Position numbers and translations under genes: made by a program | Notes under the pieces: generated by a model | The model's input: only the letters and a program-made list of their open reading frames with translations | Told to the model about the DNA's origin: nothing | Databases searched by the model: none | Origin: the human T2T-CHM13v2.0 reference genome, Homo sapiens | Direction: 5' to 3' (one strand) | DNA: 64,000 bases | NCBI RefSeq assembly: GCF_009914755.1 | Contig: NC_060936.1 | Shown: positions 55,287-64,000 of the stretch, one piece after another | Numbering within the stretch: position 1 is the first letter of the stretch | How the letters are laid out: each line of letters starts with the position of its first letter

Positions 55287-58200
55287 GCCATATCGTTTTT
55301 TTAAATTCCAATGTCTCTATAAGCATAGCTGGAAACTAATAGAAAACTCTTGCAGAAATCAGGTATAAATATGGAAATGAATTTTTTACAGGCAACAAAA
55401 TAGCATCCATTGTTTGCTATAAAAGCAAACTAGTTAAGCCTTCAAGTAGGCAGCATAAATTTGTCAAATTTAAGTATAAGGAGTTGAGCTTAAGCCCATG
55501 TAAAATTTGGATAAAAAGGGGTGGTTAGGTGGGTGGAAAGAGATTTTGTGTTCCTAACCCGATTTGGTTCATTTTTTTTTCTTGCTGTAGTTCTACAACT
55601 CCTAGAATATCAACATGTTCCTTTCTGCTTAAGACAAACCTGTTTTGTTTTCTTTTTTAACTGAAGCAGTAATGATGAAAGAATTAACTCCCACCCTCCC
55701 ATCCCCCACTCCCAGTTAGAAAGACACGTTTTAAACTCCTAGAACTTAGTCACTGCACTTTCTTGGTAAATAGATTTCTTTCTGAGTCATGCTACTCCTG
55801 CTGAACACTACTATATTTGTACAGAGATCTAAAAAACTTGATAAGGGCAGGGTAATAAATGGACAAGTTTGTAGTTAAGAGCTCACAAATCAAAAGACTA
55901 TAATTCACAAGAATCTTCAATCTAACCTTTGCATAGGGTTAACCCCATGCTTTTTATATTTTGTCAGGTGGCCGAGAGTTGAATAATTCAGAGGCTCTGT
56001 TGTTGGGTCAAGCCAATGCCACTATATCATCTTTATGTTTTATTATTTCATAGCTACATTTCTTTGCCCTTTAACTTAGTTGCAGTGAAAGAAGCTGATG
56101 GGTTTTGTTCTATTATTTAAAATTTGGTCAGTTTTCTGTATAGTTAACAATGGCTTCTCTATATCCTGTTTAATAATTTGATGCACTATAGCTCATTCTT
56201 CTTTCTTTTGTCCTTTCTTTTTAAATATTTTAATCAATTCTGATCTCAGATGCAGAAGGAGATCCCAAATGCTAGGAGAGACGATTCAGAGATACAGAGG
56301 ATCTAGGAGATACACCTCTTTAAGAGAGAGGAAGTACACAGAATAAGAATGAAGTGCAAATGTTACAAAGTATCTGGTTAATTTGATTGACTTGGCAGAT
56401 AAATGAGATGTATCCTATAACAATATGGCTTTGTTGGATAAATGCCAAGCTTCCACTGTACTGTGCACAATGTGAGCAATTGTTCTGAATGGTCGAATAC
56501 AGGTTAATATTGATTGTATGTCTCCTCAGCACTGTATGGCTAGGTCTACACTAATTTAGACAAGACTACCTGCTAGTGTTCCTAGTTTGAAGGAATAATC
56601 ATTAAACTCACACATTATTGTTTACATTTGTATGTAATGGCTTTTTTTCTTTGTAAATATTTCATGAAGGTATCAGTTAGCACATTGGACTTTTATTTAA
56701 AGAAGGTCACTTTCTCCTTTGAAATATAAGATTTGGAAACTGGAGTAATTTGCAATTGAACAACAACAAAATTCCTGAATCATTTTTAAAAATGTCAACA
56801 CAGAACTTACCGTTTTAATAGGTATTTAATTCATTTTGTAAAAACATTTAATTTTATTTTCCTGGGATTTTACTTATTAGGCAAGAGGAGGTCTAGTTTT
56901 ATCTATATGAGTGCCTATAATGTTCTAGATATCATATACAAATATATAAAGGAAATAATGTCTTTTCCTTTAAGAAACAGATTACAAATGAAAACAAATG
57001 ACTAAACAAGAACAGTTTTCTAGTTGGGTTTTTTTGTTTCTGAAGAGTCATTTTCAATTTAAAAAATCAAGCATATGAAAAAACAATAAAAAACCATATC
57101 CTTCCATGAAAGTAATTAACGTAAGTTTAGGAATAGATGCTTTGAGACATCATTCACGATGTTCTATAATTCATGCAAAGGATGAAAAGCCAAAATACCA
57201 GTGATCCTTTTTTTCTGTTAATGAATATGTTGCCATAACATGTTATAATTTTAAGATTAAAATGTGAAAAAATGGGTTGAGGTATAAGTTGTTATAAAAG
57301 ATTAACCACAGAAAAAATGAATAAAGTTGTAAGAAAACTCACAGAATAGCATTTACCAGTTTTAAGCAACTATCAATCAATATTTTTGCAGGGCTTCTTT
57401 AGGTTGTATCTGTACCAAGCACCTCCCCACTGGGGTGCCTGCTCACTACAGACAGCTTTTCCCTGTTTCTGCATTTAGAGATTCTGGTCAAAGGTCAAAG
57501 GGTAATGCCTGGCCCCTTCTAGGAGTATTCAAACAAAAGGTTCAAATAATCCCTCTGTCCTTCATGATATGCTCCTTATATCTGATTCAAATACTTCCTC
57601 ATCTTCTGTAATGCATATTTTCTAAATTCTAGATTTCTAGATTCCAACAATTTTATGAGAATCTATCACATTTATCATCAAAACACTTTCCTTATTCAAA
57701 TGTAGTCTATTGTGAGCTAGTAGCTCTGTGAGAGGCCATTAAGCTAAGTACCTCACCTTCACTGGACTGGGGTATATTGGAGGATGCCCAGGTACTTGCT
57801 TTAAAGCCAGCTCTTTTTGTATAGGGAGCTTCTTTTGGTTTGCAAATCTGAGTGACTCAGTAAGTTGCTCTATTCTTAAAGCCTTCAGAATGGCTTTTAA
57901 ACTGAGAATAAAGCAACAGGGAAGGCCGTTTACATGATTCTCTAAAAGCTTATGGGAAGCAGGATACATTTATCCAACGGTCTTTCTAAAATTTAAAGAA
58001 TTGTCCTAGGCAAGATGTGTACCAGTCAGTCCGTGTAGGGCCTTGACTGTGGGAATGGGGTTTGGCTTTGTGCACAAGCGGAACTGCTTCAGATTCAGAC
58101 GTGGGCAAGGCTGGGAGGGGCCTGGTGGTTCACCTCCTCCTGACCCTCTCCTCTGGCCTCTCTAAAGCATAAGGGGTCTCTTCTCCAAGGCACCCATGGC

Positions 58201-58371
58201 ACAGTGTAGTAACTTTATTCATAGAACTATATTCTTATTATCTCTTTGTGTCGTATTTGCCCTATTAGTGCATAAATTCATTGAGAACAAACATCATTTA
58301 TTGTTTGTTTTCTTGTTTATTTATTTTTCTGGCTTTAGATATTAGCTAGCACAGTACTTGGCTATTTGCTC

Positions 58372-58673
58372 TTGTTGTTGTTGTTGTTGTTGTCTGTTTG
58401 TTTTGGGACTCCACCCAGGCTGGAGTGCAGTGGCCTCATCATAGCTCATTACAACCGTAAATTCCTGGGCTCAGGTGATCCTCCTGCCTCAGCCTCCCAA
58501 GTAGCTGGGACCACAGTTACACACCACCATGCCCAGCTAATTTTTAACTTTTTTTGTAAAGTCAGAGTCTTGCTATGTTGCTCAGGTTGGTCTCAAACTC
58601 CTGGCCTCAACCAATCCTCTTCTCTTGACCTCCCAAAGTGCTGGGATTACAGGCTTGAGCCAACGCGCCCAGC
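58372..58673 (-). mobile_element. Alu (AluJ-like) with (TTG)n tail
   Basis: Dimeric antisense Alu. Confidence 0.9.
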
Positions 58674-58933
58674 ATGACTATTTGTTGACTCAGTTTTTTT
58701 GTGTGCCCATTGCATGCCAGGCACTAAATGAAGGCAATGAAGACACAGATCAAATGACATGTCACAAGCTCTCAAAAAACCCACAGTGTAGAGATGAGCC
58801 TAAAGACTAATATGGAATAAGGAGTTTTTGTTTTAAGCTTGACGGGAACACAGGGTAAGGAGCATCTTCGTCTGTGGAGGTACAAGGGATACTTTGCTAC
58901 ACAGTAGACTGATCTTAAGAAATGAAAGGTATG

Positions 58934-59114
58934 CATGGTGAAATCCCATCTCTACTAAAAATACAAAAAATTAGCTGGGCGTGGTGGCAGGCGCCTGTAG
59001 TCCCAGCTACTCAGAAGGTTGAGGCAGGAGAATGGCATGAACTCGGGAGGCAGAGCTTGCAGTGAGCCGAGATGCACCACTGCACTCCAGCCTGGGAGAC
59101 AGAGCAAGACTCCG

Positions 59115-59145
<31 letters not shown>

Positions 59146-59150
59146 CAAAC
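58934..59150 (+). mobile_element. 5'-truncated AluY-like element with TSD
   Basis: AluY-type gaatggcatgaactcgggaggcagagcttgcagtgag and a long A tail. TSD gaaaggtatg at 58924-58933 and 59151-59160. Confidence 0.9.
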
Positions 59151-59946
59151 GAAAGGTATGTAGATGAAACAACACATACAAAAGCATGAAGGAAGGAGAG
59201 AATATGGTGTATCATAGATCTATCGAGTTTAGAATTGCTGAAATGTAAACTAGGAAAGTGTTGTTCAACAATTATAAAGCCCAGCATACAAAGGACCATA
59301 TACCATATTAAGAAATCTAGACTTCATTCCGTAGTATTTTGAAAGCCAGAGAAGAATCACGAAATTAGGAGGGCATGGCCAAATTTATGTTGAGAAAGAT
59401 TACTTTGGTGGCAGGAAAGAAAACACATTGGGTATGTTTGGAAACAGAACAGAGAGAGGCGCAAAACCAAATGCAGGAAGACCAGTTGGGGGTGGTTGTG
59501 ACAGTGATGGTTCAATGATGACATATATTCTCATTGTGCCAAGTCATCCTGCATTCAAATTACATTTGTCTGCTACCTAGGCTGTGTGAGAATTTCTGCA
59601 TATACTTTAAAAATTCAATCCATATTTCAAGTTTATAAGTGCTATACCCATTTTGGATTTGAAGAAACTAAGGCTCAGGGAGGTTGATACCATGCAAAGG
59701 CAGACAACCTCACAGAGATTAAATGGCCTGCCCATGGTCACACACATTTTACGTGTGGCTTTGGGATACAAACTCCATCTGGGTGCAAGTGATCCTGCTG
59801 CCTCAGCCTCCCCAGTAGTTAGGATTACAAACATAAGCCACCATGCCCACCCAGAGCTTTTTATACCACACCTGTGATACTAAAATGAGAGGCAGTGTGA
59901 TTTACTGTAAAGGTGAATAGACCAGGGATCAGGACATCTAGATTTT

Positions 59947-60084
59947 GGACAGGGAAGATGGCTCACTCACATCTGTAATCCCAGCACTTTTGGAGGCCAA
60001 GGTGGGAGAATTGCTTGAGGCCAGGCATTCAAGACCAGCCTGGGCAACATAGTAAAACCCTGCCTCTATAAGAGAGAAAAAAAA
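59947..60084 (+). mobile_element. Alu left monomer (FLAM-like)
   Basis: Single arm with A tail, inserted in MIR-like sequence. Confidence 0.82.
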
Positions 60085-60909
60085 GACACCTAGATCTTAG
60101 GTGGTGCTTTACGCCTCTCTTGTTCTGTCACCTTGAGGGAGTCACTTAATTTCTATGGGCCATACTTTCTGTATCTACAAGGTGTTACACATATTCCCTC
60201 CAGTTTAATTTCATGATTCCATGAATTGAATTACACGTATTTAGGATGATGATCCTTTCAGTAGGTTTGTTAGAGCGGGATGGAGTAATAGAATTGGAAA
60301 GGAAATTAAATCCATTCAGGAGTGAGATGGTGGAGGTGGTAGAGGAAATTTTTTAAAAGCGACAAATTTGGAAAATACTATGAAGAAACATCTATAGTTC
60401 TTAAGACTTAAGTTCTTTAAAAAACTATAGTTTCTTCAGAAAAAGAAAAATCACATTTCAAATTAATTTCAAAGTTATGGGAAAAGGCGAATATCTGGTG
60501 ACCATTTTGACAATGACGACAATGAGGGGAGGGGTGCACCTGTAGAGAAAGAAAGGTTTAAATGTATTTTTGTTTATTTGACATATCAGTTTCAAGCGAT
60601 CAATTGACAAAATACATCTAAATCTTCTTTCTTCTAGAAAATTTACTGGATAAGTCAAAATAAGTTATAAGGCCACAAAGGTTTGAAGAAGAAAAATGCC
60701 AAAAAGTGAAAACCTTAATGTGAAAGTGCATTTCCTTAAGAAGTAAACATATACAATGTAAAGATCAGAGAATTCTGACACTCAGGGAAATTTTTATTAT
60801 CAAATAACATACAATAAACAACTTCCATCTCAAAGCCTCTTGGGGTTGAATTACCATAGCATGCTAACTGTTCACATTTTTAAATGAATTGTTTCGTGCA
60901 ACAACATAC

Positions 60910-61065
60910 CTCAGGAGAGACTTCTGTAATTCCAAACTGGGATAAACTTTGATGCAAAACATTGATATTAAGTGAACGAAGAACTTCCTCAGAGGGCAGA
61001 GCATCAGAAATTCCTGTTTTTCGGTTTATGGGAGACACAAACAGTTCAATACTGTTCTTCTTTCC
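60910..61065 (-). CDS. PTPRR: PTPRR coding exon (probably exon 4), GKKNSIELFVSPINRKTGISDALPSEEVLRSLNINVLHQSLSQFGITEVSPE, 156 bp, phase 0-0
   Basis: Manual minus-strand translation matches the recalled PTPRR extracellular sequence. Acceptor ttttattAG at 61066-61067, donor GAG|GTATGT at 60909. Not in the ORF track. Confidence 0.95.
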
Positions 61066-61722
61066 CTAATAAAAGCAGAATATTTGTATTTGTTATAGAC
61101 ATTTTAAACAACTTTGGATAATATTTTTACCTGTCCTTTAGAAACATTAAAGGAAGTCAGAATTCTAGAATCCTAAAAGGCTTTGTGGAGATTATATTTA
61201 TTAGTTATTCTCTGATAGACTTAATGTTACCAGTCCAAAGTCTAAAATCTTCAAATAGCTTTCTTGCCATTAGTTGCCACCCCCCAAGATTTGTAATTTT
61301 ATATTTCAGTGCATGCTTGCATGCTGATTCATTTACCATTCCATATTGTAATTTTTTGATGTAGATTGTTCAGATGTTCCCTGAGTAATTATGTTTAAAG
61401 AAGCATTTTAAAATCAAATGAATTAAAGTCCAAAGTAATAGTAAAATTACAAAATTACATATTAGACATCACCACTCTCTCTATTATTTTTATAACTTGT
61501 GTTAATGTGAAGGCTTGGCTAGCTAAAGAAGATGGTGCCAGATGATCTTTGAAGTCCTTTTCCTGATACTGTTCTTCACGTCAAATATGTCACACATTTA
61601 AAATTGGTCATTTGGTGGAAATGCATATCTTATGTAGTGATGTCATGAGACTTTTCCTATTAGTATTACCTCATTAGCTGAAATGGAGTCAGAGAATTTC
61701 TTACCATAAATGTCTGATATCC

Positions 61723-61751
61723 TACACACACATACACACACACACACACAC
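61723..61751. repeat. (CA)n microsatellite
   Basis: Direct inspection. Confidence 0.9.
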
Positions 61752-62567
61752 AGAGAGCAGACAAAACCATGGCGATTGATAATATTATCTTTCACAACTT
61801 ACACAACACACTAATAGAAGGAAATTATTCTTAGCTTTCTTTCTGACACATGGAGAGCTCTCATGCTAGAAAGTTTTCTTTTAATGTGCTTTATCAGAAT
61901 TTTAGCTGGTATAAAATGAAGTATCAGTTTACTACTAGCAAGCCAGTAAAAGTTTTTTCATGTTTGCAGAGAACAACAGACAATAACTAAATACTGATGT
62001 GAAACATGTTTATAACAATTTAAATAGTTTGTGACCCAATAACAACTACTGTAGGTACAGAGCACTTGTGTTGTGCCTAACATGCTATTTACCTTAAATC
62101 TTTTATCTCATTTATTGCTCAAAACACCGCTAAGCGATAGGTATTATGGTTATCTCTATTTTACAAATAAAACGTAAGAGGCTTGCCCACATTCACATAC
62201 ATGGAATATGGCCACACTGGAAATGAAGTATGGTTTTGTCTGTCTCCAAAACACATGATGCTAATCAACATGCTTTGCTATGTCAGGTATTGTAACTCTA
62301 GCTATTATAATAACTACTTTGAACCATGCTACTAACATTCTCTGAGGATATGATAAGCATATTCCTTCCTCAGTCTGGCAAATCCCTCCTTCACCCTTGC
62401 AAACAGCTATTATGCTCATTAAACCTAATATGTATAAAAGTATATCTAAGATATCTATATCATCTCTCTATATATCTTAGCAAAATATATATGCACAGGT
62501 TGATGCATATATATTTTTATATGTATATATTGTATATATATAAAAAATCTAGATCTAGATCCAAGAC

Positions 62568-62860
<293 letters not shown>

Positions 62861-63616
62861 GGGTAACCTTCACTCATTCAGGGGAATGTTGTATTTCTTC
62901 TTCTGTGGTATGAGTTAAAACTTTTTAACAGCTTGTTTACTTCTAGAACATTGTTGATTCACAGAATACAAATTTTTATGAAGAAATGAAACAACTCACT
63001 CTCTACACACAGAAAAAATAAAAAGAAACATAAACCCCAAACCAAAACAAAAAGCAAATTCCCTCCATAGTGAATGCAGATGGGTGCAATAGAAAGCTGA
63101 GCTCCATGCAGCAGAAGCACAGCAATTTAAGGCTGGGGGAACATGGAGTCCTTGCTTAGACTCCCATTGCAGTGGACATTAAGAGCAATTTAAAACCTGT
63201 ACAGTGATCCCAAAGTTCCTTTTCACATAAAACTGAGGTGACTAGCTTTTTACAGAAAGACAGTCATCTGATCTGAATTTACTTTTTTTTTGGCCTTTGC
63301 TCACGCCCACTTTCCAGTGCAGATGGGAACATGTAGTTGCATGAAATCCAGGTTCCCAAACACCGAGGAAAGAGAGGAAATAATGGATGTGGGTGATTGA
63401 CATATAGGCCTAGACTGGGCCCTATACAACAGATCCTTTGGGTTTACTTTTTTTTTTTTTTTTTTTACTTTACCCACTCAGATGCCCATTCAAGTTTTCT
63501 CTTGGTTTTCCTGGACTACCAATTCCTGCATTCCACCTGGGCTGCAGTCCTCAGGGTCAGTTCTTTATTCTTTATTTAAAATGCCCTGCCTTGTGCACTC
63601 AATGTCCATTGTTCTA

Positions 63617-63716
63617 CTGATATACTTGAAAGTATATCAATAATGTCTGGAAACTGCCTCACCTGATATACTTGAAAGTATATCAATAATGTCTGGAAAC
63701 TGCCTTACCTGATATA
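63617..63716. repeat. 46-bp tandem duplication (2.2 copies)
   Basis: ctgatatacttgaaagtatatcaataatgtctggaaactgcct(c/t)ac twice plus ctgatata. One mismatch between copies. Confidence 0.95.
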
Positions 63717-63822
63717 GAAGCTTTCACTCTAATGGAGAATATTTTCGGAGTAGTGTCAGGTTGGTAAGGCAAGTGTTTTGGGCTCTTTCATATTTACCAC
63801 AGGACCTAGACTTGAACTATGA

Positions 63823-64000
63823 CAGAGTTAACAAACTTCCTCTATAAAGGGCCAGATGATAAACAGTTTAGGCTTCATGAGCCAATCTTTTGCAACTACT
63901 GAACTCTGCCACTGTAATACAAAAGGCATCATGGGCAATGGGTAGATGAGCAGATATAGCTTGTTTCATAAAATTTTATTTGCAAAAACATGACGTGCCG
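63823..64000. mobile_element. MER58A hAT-Charlie fossil (runs off the window end)
   Basis: aaagggccagatgataaa...ttaggctt...gcaactactgaactctgcc...ttttatttgcaaaaaca. Confidence 0.75.

Noticed and set aside
63617-63716. Palindromic direct repeats resembling a CRISPR array
   Set aside because: There are only two units with identical intervening sequence, so no unique spacers. There are no cas genes and the context is a primate intron.

Overview
Primate, most likely human, genomic DNA inside PTPRR (receptor-type protein tyrosine phosphatase R, chr12q15), transcribed on the minus strand. Four coding exons have canonical AG/GT boundaries and join in frame: 61065-60910 (end of the extracellular region), 53739-53629 (transmembrane segment), 45523-45255 (juxtamembrane region and first half of the KIM) and 809-623 (second half of the KIM up to the phosphatase domain). 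A candidate internal first exon/promoter encoding 'MNQ' lies just upstream of the TM exon. The rest is intron containing about 17 Alu elements, L1 remnants, MER11, THE1, MLT2 and LTR16-like LTRs, DNA transposon fossils, MIR/L2 fragments and microsatellites. I see no prokaryote-type system or new gene. The most unusual features are: a template-switch palindrome in a Tigger4/MER46 element (27.6-28.0 kb); a NAGNAG acceptor that could delete one Arg from the KIM/PKA motif; a 67-codon hydrophobic in-frame extension of the internal first exon; a ~390-nt AG-free polypyrimidine tract leading into an antisense Alu; a MIR fragment inside a younger L1; and a hairpin-bearing 46-bp duplication with consensus splice donors. 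Gene, isoform and repeat names come from recalled sequences, not database searches. Repeat boundaries are approximate.
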